A DNA stretch of 64,000 nucleotides. It comes from the human T2T-CHM13v2.0 reference genome, Homo sapiens. The DNA lies in assembly GCF_009914755.1 (NCBI RefSeq), contig NC_060925.1; one strand, 5' to 3'. Both the position numbers and the translations under genes were made by a program. Below, piece after piece: positions 52,825-64,000 of this stretch; the first letter of the stretch is position 1, and each line of letters begins with the position of its first letter. Below the pieces are notes generated by a model, which made no database searches, was not told the DNA's origin, and saw only the letters and a program-made list of their open reading frames with translations.

Positions 52825-54842
52825 ACCAACTTAAAAAGAAGCATGAAACTAAAAATAGATCATAGACTCAAATATTTAACTTAAAGCTATAAAACTTCTG
52901 TAGCAAATGTAGGAGAAAATGTTTGTGACCTTGGGTGAAACAAAGATTCCTTAGATATGACATCAAAAGCATGATCGATAAAAGAAAACATTGACAAATT
53001 GGACGTTCAAAAAATTGAAAACCTCTGTTCTTCAAGGGACACTATTAAAAGAATGAAAAGATAAGTCACAGAATAGGAGAAAATATTTGTAAAACACAAA
53101 AGATATGTATCTAGAATATATAAACACTCTCTAAACTCAATAAGAAAACAAACTACCCAATTTTAAAAATGGCCATTAAAAAAAAAAAAGATATTAGAGA
53201 ATGATATTAAGAAAATGCAAGTTAAAACTATGGCTGAAATATCACTATACAACTCTCAAAATAATTAAAATTTTAAAAGGAATTAAAAAAAAACAACAAC
53301 AATTCCAAGTGCTGACGAGGATGCAGAGCAACTGGAACTCTCATGCATTGCTGGTAGGAATCCCCATTGCTACAGCTATTGGGGAAAACAGTTTGAACTT
53401 ATAAAGTATTCAAGTCACTAATCATCAGGGAAATACAAATCATAACCACAGTGAGATATCATCTCATCCCAGTTAAAAAGCAAAAGATGAGGATGCAGAG
53501 AAAAGGGAACTCTCATACACCGTTGGTAGGAATAAATTAGTATGGTTAAGTAGGGAGAACAGTAGGAAGGTTCCTCAAAAACCTAAAAATGGAACTACCA
53601 TAGGATCCAGGAATCGCACTACTGGGTATTTATTTAAAGTAAAGGAAATCATGTCAAAGAGATATCTTTACCTCCCCTTTGCCCCACCACTCAGGTTTAT
53701 TGCAGCATTATTCACAATAGCCAAGACACGGAATAAAACTAGGTGTCCAACAACAGATGAATGGATAATGAAAATGTGGTATATATACATAATGTGGTAT
53801 ATATACATAATGTGGTATATATACATAATGTGGTATATATACATAATGTGGTATATATACATAATGGAATGCTATCTGACCATAAAAAGAATGAAATTCT
53901 GTCATTTGTAGCAACATGGATGAGCATGGAGGACATTAGGTTAAGTAAAATAAGCCAGAAACAGTTAAACACTGCATATTCTCACTCAGATGCGGAAACT
54001 AGAAAAGTTAATCTCATAAAAGTGAAGAGTAGAATAGAATTTACTAGAGGCTGAGAAGGGTAGGAGGAAAAGGAGGATAGGAGAGATTTGTTAAAGAATA
54101 CAGAATTACAGCTAGGTAGGAGGCATGAGTTTTAGTGTTCTATAGCACTGAAGGATGACTCTAGTTAACACTAACATATATTTTCAAATAGCTAGAAGAG
54201 AGGATATTGAACGCTCCCAACACAGATGATAAATGTTGAGATGAGGGACATGCTAATTACCCTGATCTGATCACTATACATTGTATGTATTGAAATATCA
54301 CTATGTCCTCCATAAATACATACAATTATTATGTGTCAATTAAAAGTAAACCCTGCAATCCCACTATTGGGTATTTACCTAAGAAAAATGAAATCTTAGG
54401 TTCACACAAAAACTTGTATGCAAATTTTTAAAGCAGCTTTATTCATAATTACCCCAAACTTGAAACAATGTAAATATCATTCACTGGTGAATAAAAAAAA
54501 AAAAACCCTCTGGTTTAGCAATAAAAAGGAACACGCTACTGATACGCGCAACAACATGGATGAGTCTAAAATGCATCATGCTAAGAGAAAGCCAAAATTG
54601 AAAAGCTAAATACAGTGTAATGCTATTTTTTTGACATTCTGAAAAAGGAAAAACTACAGAAAACTGATCAGTGGTGGATAGGACTGAGGCGAGGGGGTAG
54701 GGGTGGATGATGAAAGAGCATGGGGGGATTTTTGGTTGCTATGGAAATTTTCTATATCTTGCTTGTGGTGGTGGGTATACGTGGATGTATACATTGGTCA
54801 AATTATAGAATGGTACACAAAAAGTGAATTATACCCCAATAA
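52825..54842 (+). mobile_element. L1MC/ME 3' portion with a nested L1MA (~53410-54345)
   Basis: gctataaaacttctg...gtgaccttggg; inner L1MA ends tacaattattatgtgtcaattaaaa; host resumes gcaatcccactattgggtatttacc. Confidence 0.8.
53773..53866. repeat. Perfect 18-bp minisatellite AATGTGGTATATATACAT, 5.2 copies
   Basis: Five identical units at 53773, 53791, 53809, 53827, 53845. Confidence 0.97.
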
Positions 54843-55604
54843 CAGGAGGAGGAGGAGAAGGAGGAGAGGCAGTGACAGCCACCGAAGTAGCAGCATGACA
54901 TCAAGTAGAGCTTTCTTGAGCAGAAGGAGACCATTATTGCAGGTTAGATCTGTTAACAATCTGGGCGGTGGCTGAGCCAGCATTTCCGCCAAGTATGAGG
55001 CAGACGCCTCAAATCTCACCATGATTTTCTTTTGTCTCACCCCCAAAGTGTTAATACACATAAGTTGTCGATAAAGGGAACTTCTGAGAAAATGCAGACG
55101 GGAGCAACAAATAATTCAAGGCATTAGTGCTGCACTACCTGCATTAATGTCTGGTCGTGGAGGGGAGAGCTACAGGTTCCCTGACATTTGCTTTTATAGA
55201 CAGAACTGGGGTTTCTAGGACCTACTGGCAAGAGGGAGAAATAAATATCCATGAACCTGGTCTGACAGATTCTCTATAACTTAAAGCATTGGCCTCTAAA
55301 TTATCCATCCTCTATGCCAGGCAAATGCCATTTCCTTTTCTTTTATAGCTTTTGACTTTTCTGTTTAAAGGACACTTGGTATTCTTTCCTCCCCAGTTGT
55401 GATGTGAGTTGGGTGGAGGGATGAGGGAAACAAGAAAGAAGATAATTCTCAGTATTGCTGATGGGTGAGATGAACAAGATGCGGGAAGCATCTTTGCATC
55501 TGCTGGGAAGGGTACAGGCTCAAGGAAACAGGGATGCGACGGGTGGCAAACAAAAAGCTGCCAAGTGGGCCGTTTGGCATCCTTGGGAAGAAAAATTATA
55601 TATT

Positions 55605-55727
55605 TATTATTTGTTTGTTTATTTATTTATTTATTTATTTTTGAGACGACGTCTCACTCTCCTCACCCAGGCTGGAGTGCAAGTGGTGTAATTACAGCTC
55701 ACTGCAGCCTCAACTTCCTGGGTTCAG
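55605..55727 (-). mobile_element. 5'-truncated AluJ/FLAM-like fragment
   Basis: (TTTA)n tail then gagac...caggctggagtgc...agctcactgcagcctc. Confidence 0.85.
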
Positions 55728-55744
55728 GAAAATGACATTTTTAA

Positions 55745-55985
55745 AGAGGCAGTATATGAGTGGCAAAAATTTGGGTCTCTAGAGTCAGGAAGATGTGTCT
55801 TCAAGTCCTGGCTGCTTATGTGCTGTATGACTGCTCTAAGCCCTGGTTTCTTCATTAATTGTTGTGGATGCAATAGTATCTACATTACAGAGAGGTTGCA
55901 TGGGTAGAACCTATAAGTATGCAGATCTTATCACAGTACCTGGCACGTGGCTATGCTTAACAGCTATCTAAAGTATTTTTTATTG
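55745..55985 (+). mobile_element. MIR
   Basis: ctctagagtcagga...ttcaagtcctggct...cagtacctggcacgtgg. Confidence 0.7.
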
Positions 55986-56443
55986 CCAATTTGATCTTGA
56001 CTGTATAGATCCAGGAACATTAAACAAAAGGCTGAATAATGACCCAGGCTATCCAGATCAGGTATGCAGTCAACCTGATTGGCTGACACCATAGCTTCCG
56101 TTTGTTTTCTTTTTCCCTGTCACTAGCATGGTTAGGGCTTAACCCACCTGCATACACATTTAGCAAACACAATCAGGCAGTTAGTCTGAATTGCCTAAGT
56201 ATAAACTATCTTCCAGTTTGATGTTTCTGGGCTTAGACAATGAAATAAAATGTGCAAAGCTCTTCTGGTTACTTAAGCTAGACTGTCCCAAGACCCTTGT
56301 CTAAATGCAAAAGTGGCTAGCTTCTCTACATCTGCTAGGAGATCAGGGTGGCAAGTAATACCATGAAGTACCTACTGAGATTCTCTTAGAAGCTGCAGGG
56401 AGCAAGGCTTTAGATATGAGTTTAGGAAATCAGACCATAGAGC

Positions 56444-57021
56444 CCCAGGCCCCAAACTCTGTGCCAGGGTGCCCTGGGGTGCCACAGTAAACTCACAGAG
56501 GTATCTCAGGATATTTTTAAGTTTCTAAGGAAATACAGTGATATCTGACATCTATCAGACACTGTGCAAAATGATAGCTAGAAGTAGTCCACAATTCTAA
56601 CATTAGATCACTCAGCATTTCTTTCGGGGAGATCATGGTTTTGCAAAGCTAGATTATTGGTTGTTGTGAGAAAAAGACAAGCACTGTGCAAAAATCAAGG
56701 TGAAACAGGAAATGGGATAGTGTTTTTCTAATTCCACAGTTTGAGACATCGTGCAGTGCCCAATAGCACATCTATCCCATTAGCAAGTAATTGTTGTTAT
56801 TCAAGAAGGAAACTAAATGCTATTTCTCTTTCAATTTATGTGTATTATTATTATTTTTAAATGGCTAGAGTGTTGTTAAGACATAAATACCCACGGAGTT
56901 TTTTGGACCTAACTACTTAATAAATAGAACTGTTAGGTATTTCTTTTGGCCTATAGGACTGTGAAAACACTTTCCTAAAACATTAAGGATGCCATGAATG
57001 GAAAAGGTTTGGGAACCTCTG
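56444..57021 (+). mobile_element. MER119 (hAT-Charlie)
   Basis: aactcacag...aacattagatcac...gtgcagtgcccaa...tttgggaacctctg terminus. Confidence 0.85.
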
Positions 57022-58099
57022 CTAGAAAGTACCCTGAAGATGCTTTCACATTGTACACATTGTAGTACACATTGGCTGATAGCTGTCCCCAGCCCAAGTC
57101 CTGGAAACAGCTAAGTATGAGTAAGCTAGATGACCACAGAATGTTAAAAATGCAAAAGGCCTTTAAAATCCTCCTGGTTAGCACCCTCAGGCTAGCAACC
57201 AGAGTCCTTGAGATGCCTTGCCCAATCCTATTTTTTCTTTGTCTGGGTTGCAAAAGGAGGGAGAAGGGAAAGGCCAATGTGTGTGGAGGGGGCAGTAGTG
57301 GAGAGGTGCAATCCCTGAGAAAGCAAATAGGGCTGACTCAATAAGAGAAGGTGACATCGAATCACGAAAATCACACACCTGCTGTGTCTTCCCCCATCAG
57401 TAGGGTGGGTGGGCAGTGGATCAAGAGTAACCTGAGGGGGCTTTAAGGATGCCTTAACATAGACAACCCTGAATTCTTCATAAGAGAAAGAAAGGTGGAA
57501 GCAGGGTTCTGGCACGTGGGGACTGTGCTGCTGTGTTCCAGTGTCTGGCTCCAAGAGGCTCTTGCCTTGTTTGTTTGTTCCTCAAGGGTAGGCTGGGACA
57601 TTCATATCACAAGAAATCACCTCTATCTAAATTAAATCTCCCCTGTCTCAAAGAGGCAGGGCGGGATCTGCAAGGGGAGTGGTTTGGGTTTTGTATTCTT
57701 GCGTGCCTAGCATTAAGTCAGCATCTGCATCAGTAGTACATGGCTGAACAGGAGTGTCCATGGCTGTTTGAAAAGGGGAGGTGGGTTGGGGTGGAGGGTG
57801 GCGGGGGCTTGTGGCAAGAAAGGGAAAGGATTCAGAGCCCTGGGGCAGGTTGTCAAGGTCAGGTGTGGAGGTGCTGCAGTTTACCTAAATGTCAGGAGAT
57901 GGGCTACCTGTCAGATAATGCAAACTCAATTATATCTCTAGGGATTCTAGAGGTCAGCAGAGCTGAGCCTGGTTATCTGTTTGCAAGACACAAAGCAATA
58001 TCCAGATAAATTGCTAATGAAAGAGAGCTATGTAGACCTCTGTTCGGCCACCTAGAGACTGGTATATGGAAGAGACATATTTACAAAGTTCAGAGCTTA

Positions 58100-58430
58100 A
58101 AGGAGGCAGCCTGGTGTGGCGGAAATAGTTCTGGTTTAGGCATTAGGCATTGAGGGACGTTAGTCCTGCTCAGCTGCTAATTAGCTGTGTGACCTCTGGT
58201 AACTCATTTTGCTTTTTCAGACATCAGCTCCCCATCTGCCCACACACAGGGCTGCTGAGAGGCCAGGGTAACATAATAAATGTGACCATTTATCAAATGC
58301 TTTCTAAGTGCCACGTGCAGTTTCAAGCACTGCACATACTTTATCTCATTTAACCCTCACAGGCCCTATCTGAGGTAGAGATTAACATAATGTATAATCA
58401 AAAGTAGAGATGAGGAGGCTGAGGTCATGT
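58100..58430. mobile_element. Two MIRs (+ then -)
   Basis: ttagctgtgtgacct; ttatctcatttaaccctcac. Confidence 0.65.
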
Positions 58431-58600
58431 TGATGGAACTCATGTGCTCATCTCTCTGAGCACCATGGCATAGTTGGGAGGCTTAAGTGTTCCTAAGACT
58501 CTGATGTAGTCGATCTGGGGTGGGGCCCATATATTTGTGATTTAATAAGTGCCTGGGTCATTCTGATGTGAGTGGTTCATGAAGTCCTGTTTAAAAAATA

Positions 58601-58831
58601 CAATTGTCCCTACGTATATGTGGGGTATTGGTTCCAGTGTACCCAGATCTGCACATACTCCAGTCCCACAATCTGCCCAGCAGAGCCCATGTACACAAAA
58701 AAGTCAGCCCTCCATATGTGTGAGTTTTGCATCCTGAGATACTTTATTTTTGATCCACCTTTGGTTGAGAAAAATACCCCTATATACATGGACCTGTGTA
58801 ATTCACACCCATGTTGTTCAAGGGTCAACTG
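58601..58831 (+). mobile_element. MER8 (TcMar-Tigger MITE)
   Basis: TIRs CAATTGTCCCT / AGGGTCAACTG with TA target duplication on both sides. Confidence 0.88.
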
Positions 58832-59169
58832 TATTTCCCTAAGCCATATTGCCCCACTTCCACTCTAGAAACCATAACGTGACTTACCCATATGAGGAAG
58901 GTGTTGACCAGAGGACACCTTGGAGTTCAGAGGCCATCAAATGTAGGTTGAGAGAGGAACATCAGAGAATGTGTGTCCTTCTGGGGTCCCAGATCCTGGC
59001 ATGGTCTCAGACTGTCACCCTGGGAAGCCTATAACATGTGCAGTGAGGCTGCCAGGGCAGCTTGGTGGTTGAGTGGTTCTTCTGCACAGGAAGGTAAGTA
59101 AGGCCCATGGTTCCTACCCACTCTGTCCATCACTAATTACCTCATCTCATGTGTGCAATTAGTTTAGGA

Positions 59170-59375
59170 TTTTTGCCTGTAGTATCTTCTTTGATCCTTT
59201 CACAACCACTTTATAAAATGTATAAGATTTCCCTATTTTATAGACAAGGAAATTGAAGTTCTGAGAGGATAAATGCCTCACCTCAGAGGTCTGGTCTCAC
59301 AGCTGGTAAGTGGTGGGGTGTGGACTGGAACCCCAGTCTTCTTGCATTAAGTCAAGTGCTCTTTTCAGTACCCCA
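59170..59375 (-). mobile_element. MIR
   Basis: ctattttatagacaaggaaattgaag...cacagctggtaagtgg. Confidence 0.75.
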
Positions 59376-59669
59376 TGGCTGTTTACCAATGACAGCCCCA
59401 CCATAGGCACAATGGGGCAACAGAAGGAATGGGAAGCAGCATCCTTGCCCTTGAGTAGTTTATAATTTAGTTGGATGATAGGAGTAATGCAACCAGAGGA
59501 TAATAGAGTGGTCTGGCTGACCCAAAGAGAGCCAAGAACAAATTCAGCCATTAAGAACCTTTCATAATCGGGCATATGTCTGTGTTTGTGATTCAGAAAC
59601 AAGACTGACTGCACCACATTCAAAGGTGATGTTTCCTTAGGCTGGATAGGCTGATTTAGGTCTCCTCTG

Positions 59670-60225
59670 CTTATAATCCTTCCATGGTCCCCCCTGCTCA
59701 TAGGATGAAGTCCAGAGCCCACCTCCCTATCCAGCCTCATCTCGTGCCATACTGCCCTTCTCTGTGTTCTTACAGTTTCCCTTGTCTGGGGTACTTGTTC
59801 CTTGCCATGCACCTGTCCCTTACCTGTCCCTTTCCTCCATCACCTCTTTTTTCCAAAAGCACCTCCATCACCTCACCTTTCCAAAGAGAGGTGATGGGGG
59901 AAAGGGACAGGTGCATGGCAAGGAACAAGTACCCTTATCGAACATTCAGGTCTCAGTTTAAATCCCCCTTTCTCAGAGAACCCTTCTTTCCCATTCCCTC
60001 ACAGTGAGATAGGTCCCCAACCTGTTGTATGCCCACAGAGCATCCTGGACATTTTCTGTGAAGCACTCATCACAAATCTAATTGAAATTTAATATTTGTC
60101 TCCTCTACTTCAAGTTCCACGGGTCAAATATTGTGCCTATTTCATTAACAACTATATCCCTAGTACCCAGTGACTGGCACATAATACAGATTCAAATATC
60201 TGTTGCATCAATGAATGAACTAATA
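59670..60225 (+). mobile_element. L2 3' region hosting a fold-back insertion
   Basis: ttcaggtctcagtttaaat...aagttccacggg...gactggcacataat...atgaatgaa. Confidence 0.75.
59789..59934. repeat. Perfect 33-bp inverted repeat with an extended inner stem
   Basis: GGGTACTTGTTCCTTGCCATGCACCTGTCCCTT (59789-59821) is the exact reverse complement of 59902-59934. Confidence 0.97.
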
Positions 60226-60639
60226 AATGTGGGGACAGGTGGGTGGTTGAAACATCGAATGAGTAGTAGAAACTGAAAGATCTGTGTTTCAGGGATGCAA
60301 GCCAGTATACAATGCTCATTTCAGTTCAGTGAATTTTTACTGGCAGTGTGCTAGGCAAAGAACAAAAAGATGAATAAGACCTGGTTCCTTACAATCAGGC
60401 TTACAAAAGGGAGAGATGCAAACAAAGGACAGTAGCATATGTGTTTTCTTTTTGAAAAATTGGTATACTTAGCTTTCCCAAAGGTTAGAGCCCAAAGCCA
60501 AATGCCCATGGTTAAGAATTCTTTCCAATGGCCTGCATTAGACCCCTTCAGGATATAAGAGGAAAAAGGAGAGGTCTTCAGAGAGGATATTTGGAAGGAG
60601 ACAAGGCCTTCAAAGCCAGAGGCAGGTCCCATGATATCT

Positions 60640-61015
60640 GGTACCTAATAATTTTGGTATTGCAGCATTTGTACCATCTGGGAACTTGTTGGAAGTACAA
60701 ATTTTCGGGCCCTAACCTAGATTCACCAAGTGAGAAACTCTGGGGTGGAGGGACCCAGCCAGTGATGCTGGAGCTGCCTCGTATAAACCCATGAAAACAG
60801 ATGATGCACATTCCTTTCCAATTCCATGGTCAGTGAGGTCATATTGGTAGTTTGAGCCTGGCTGTTGTGAGAGTATTTGCACCACAGAAATTGGCAAATG
60901 CAAATTAGATCTTTTCTTCCTAAGAAAGCCAATTGTTAAAAATTTACCAGTATTCCATTTGCCCAGAAATCCATGCTTTAACAGGGCCTCCAGGGGATTC
61001 TGGTATCTTCTAGTT
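60640..61015. mobile_element. MER5A interrupted by MER63A (hAT-Blackjack, ~60760-60960)
   Basis: gcagcatttgtaccatctgggaacttgtt (MER5A); cagtgatgctggagc...ccacagaaattggcaaatgc...ttgttaaaaatttaccag (MER63A). Confidence 0.75.
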
Positions 61016-61915
61016 TTTCCTTCCCAATGCTAAGGGCATCCAAAATTTAGGTTTGTGTGGATTTCATGAGCCTGAGCTTGGATGCCTCCAGAAATTGTTT
61101 GTTCCTGGTTATGACATGAGTATTAGTAAGGGAACAACTGTTCCTCCTCCAGGGATCTCATCTCCTGCTCCCCTTTCTTTCACCCCATAAAAAGGAGGAT
61201 ACTGAGGGTGAGAAGTGACTGTAGAATGGCTGTTTTTGTCTCCACGTCCAACATTGTTGAAAAGAGACCTGATTTGCAAACAAAGATTATATAGCTGTGA
61301 ATCTCAGCAGGCTAAAAACAGCCCCATTGTGTCTAGATAGCAAATTGAGGCCTTTTTTAAAAAACAAAATTCAGAAACACTCTGGATGACAGTGGTTTAT
61401 TGAAATAACCAAATCCTGAATTCTGCCTGTATCAGCACTGTGCTCATCACACACCTGCATATGGTCCCTCAGAACAGACTGATGTGCATTAAGCAAGGAA
61501 AGATGAATACAGAAGTAGACAAAAGTTGCTGTGAGCAGTTACATCTCCCACTACTGCAGAGGGGTGAGGGTGGGAGGTAGAAAGGCTTCTATCTTTTAAA
61601 ACAAAAAATGCTTCATCTGTTTAATCAAATGTATTATTCATTGAACCAGGTATATTGGCTAATGAACCAGATAGTTCCCCTAATGAGTCAAGCAGATCAC
61701 CTGCTGAAAACATTGTCAATACTAATTCATTCGTCAGCTGTGTTCTGTCTTCTAAAGGCAAGGGGTTTAACCTGGGTCTTGGCTCCAGCCCCAACCGATG
61801 CTTATTTTGTGGCTAGTCTTGATCAGAAATAAAGTATGTACTTACATTATGGAGGAGCGAAAACTAGAAATTTGATTGACCACCTATAAAGAGCGTCTTA
61901 TACACTTGCTGCCAT

Positions 61916-62489
61916 TGTTACTTCCAGGGGTTGCAATCCAGACCCCAAGAGAGGGTTCTTGGATCTCAAGCATAAAAGACTTTGGGACAAGTCCACAGAA
62001 TAGGCAGAGCAGCTCCAAGGGCTGCTGGTTGGCTATTTCTATGGTTTTATTTTATCATATGCTAAATAAGCGGTGGATTATTCATGAGTTTTCTGGGAAA
62101 GGGGTGGGGAATTCCTGGAACTGAGGGTTTTTCCCCGATTAGGACCATATAGGGTAAATTCTGGCTATTGCCATGGTATTTGTAAACTGTCATGGCTCTG
62201 GTGGGGGTGTCTTTTAGCATGTTAATTTATTATAATTAGCCTATAATGAGCAGTGAGGACAACCAGAGGTCACTTTTGTTCCCATCTTGGTTTTGGTGGA
62301 TTTTGGCCGTCATCTTTACTGCAGCCTGTTTTATCAGCGGGATCTTTGTGACTTGTATCTTGTGTCCACCTTCCATCTCATCCTGTGACTAAAATTGCCT
62401 CACCTCTTGGAAATACAGTCCAGCAGGTCTCAGCCTCATTTTACCCAGCCCTATTCAAGATGAAGTCACCTGTTCAAACACCTCTGACA
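61916..62489 (-). mobile_element. MER41 (ERV1) solo LTR
   Basis: On the - strand starts TGTCAGAGGTGTTTGAAC; contains tccagaccccaagagagggttcttggatctc; TSD CCAT/CAAT. Confidence 0.9.
62091..62120. promoter_or_regulatory. Two tandem GAS (STAT) motifs within MER41
   Basis: TTCTGGGAA 62091-62099 and TTCCTGGAA 62112-62120 both fit TTCNNNGAA. Confidence 0.6.
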
Positions 62490-62612
62490 CAATCTGTAAT
62501 AATTTGTTGCCAGGAAATAGAAATGGGTGTTCATTTCATTGATTTTGTAATACAATACCTGGCACTTAGTTGATCCTTGATAAGGTTTGTATATATGGAC
62601 AGAGAAGATGGA

Positions 62613-62951
62613 TGTATTAGTCCATTTTCACACTGCTGATAAAGACATACCCAAGACCGGGAAGAAAAAGAGGTTTAATTAGACTTACAGTTGCACGTGG
62701 CTGGGGAGGCCTCAGAATCAAGGCACTTCTTACATGGCAGCAGCAAGAGAAAATGAGGAAGATGCAAAAGTGGAAACACCCAATAAAACCATCAGATCTT
62801 GTGAGACTTACTCACTACCACAAGAACAGTATTGGGGAAACTACCCCCATGAATCAAATGATCTCCCATCAGTTCCCTCCCATAACACATGGGAATTATA
62901 GGAGTGTAATTTGAGATGAGATTTGGGTGGGGACCCAGCCAAACCATATTA
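62613..62951 (-). mobile_element. THE1 (THE1C-like) 3' LTR
   Basis: tgtattagtccattttcacactgctgataaagac...cagccaaaccatatta. Confidence 0.92.
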
Positions 62952-64000
62952 TTCCACCTGTGGCCCCTCCAAATCTCATGTCCTTACATTTCAAAACCAA
63001 TCATGCCTTTCCAACAGTCCCCCAAAGTCTTAACTCATTTCAGCATTAACCCAAAAGTCCACAGTCCAAAGTCTTGTCTGAGACAAGGCAAGTCCCTTCT
63101 GCCTATGAGCCTGTAAAATCAAAAGCAAGCTAGTTACTTCCTAGATACAATGAGGGTACAGGTATTGGGTAAATACAGTCATTCCAAATGGAAGAAATTG
63201 GCCAAAACAAAGGGGTTACAGGGCCCATGCAAGTCCTTGCAGAATCCAGCAAGGCAGTCAAATTGTAAAGCTCCAAAATGATCTCCTTTGACTCCAGGTG
63301 TCGCATCCAGGTCATGCTGATGCAAGAGGCGGGTTCCCATGGTCTTGGGCAGCTCCACCCCTATGGCTTTGCAGGGTGCAGCCTCCCTCCCAGCTGCTTT
63401 CACAGGCTGGCATTGAGTGTCTGTGCTTATCCATGCAAATGGTGCAAGCTGTTGGTTGATCTACCATTCTGGGGTCTGGAGGATGGTGGTCCTCTTCTCA
63501 CAGCTCCACTAGGTCATGCCCTAGTAGGGACTCTGTGTGTGAGGGCTCTGACTCTACATTTCCCTTCTGCACTGCCCTAGCAGAGGTTCTCCATGAGTGC
63601 CCCGCCCCTGCAGCAAACTTCTGCCTGGGCATCCAGGCATATCCATACATCTTCTGAAATCTAGGTGGAGGTTCCACAGTTCTTGACTTCTGCGCACTCA
63701 AAGGCTCAACACCACGTGGAAGCTGCTAAGGCCTAGGGCTTCCACCATCTGACGTCACAGCCTGAGCTCTACATTGGTCTCTTTTAGCCATGGCTGCAGT
63801 GGCTGGGATGCAGGGCACCAAGTCCTTAGGCTGCACACAGCACCCTGGGCCTGGCCCACAAAACCATTTTCTCCTAAGTTTCTGGGCCTGTAACTGGAGA
63901 GACTGCTGTGAAGACCTCTGACATGCCCTGGAAACGTTTTCCCCATTGTCTTGAGGATTAACATTTGGCTCGTCGTTACTTAGGCAAATTTCTGCAGCCT
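62952..64000 (-). mobile_element. THE1 internal (MaLR-int) sequence, continuing beyond the window
   Basis: Polypurine tract next to the LTR; canonical ccaatcatgccttcc...gagacaaggcaagtcccttc. Confidence 0.92.

Noticed and set aside
53651-54054. Repeat-peptide ORFs (MWYIYI)n, or a CRISPR-like array
   Set aside because: Translation of the 18-bp VNTR inside L1; no spacers, no cas genes, eukaryotic DNA
59297-60007. ORFs on both strands sharing the peptide HGKEQVP
   Set aside because: A by-product of the inverted repeat within L2/MIR sequence, not coding evidence
62916-63964. Several 60-100 aa ORFs
   Set aside because: THE1 LTR/internal sequence with a degenerate MaLR ORF

Overview
Primate (very likely human) non-coding genomic DNA, either intergenic or deep intronic; the host gene or locus cannot be identified from the sequence alone. 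I cannot support any protein-coding exon, tRNA, rRNA or CRISPR array. The long ORFs in the track come from Alu, L1, LTR12C and THE1 sequence or are chance ORFs. Roughly half the window is recognisable interspersed repeat: Alus, many MIR/L2 relics, hAT and Tigger MITEs (MER5, MER8, MER63, MER91, MER102, MER119), LTRs (LTR40, MER74, LTR12C, MER41, THE1) and a ~12 kb nested L1/LTR stack at ~33.0-45.9 kb. The most notable structures are: (i) two fold-back inverted repeats that look template-switch derived, at 59789-59934 (33-bp perfect arms) and 38543-38616 (pre-miRNA sized); (ii) a MER41 LTR retaining two tandem GAS motifs; (iii) an intact LTR12C solo LTR with its CCAAT/GATA promoter; (iv) several motif-dense unique blocks that are candidate enhancers; (v) a perfect 18-bp VNTR. 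I found no evidence of a new multi-gene system. Repeat subfamily names come from recall of consensus sequences, not from a database search, and boundaries without TSDs are approximate.
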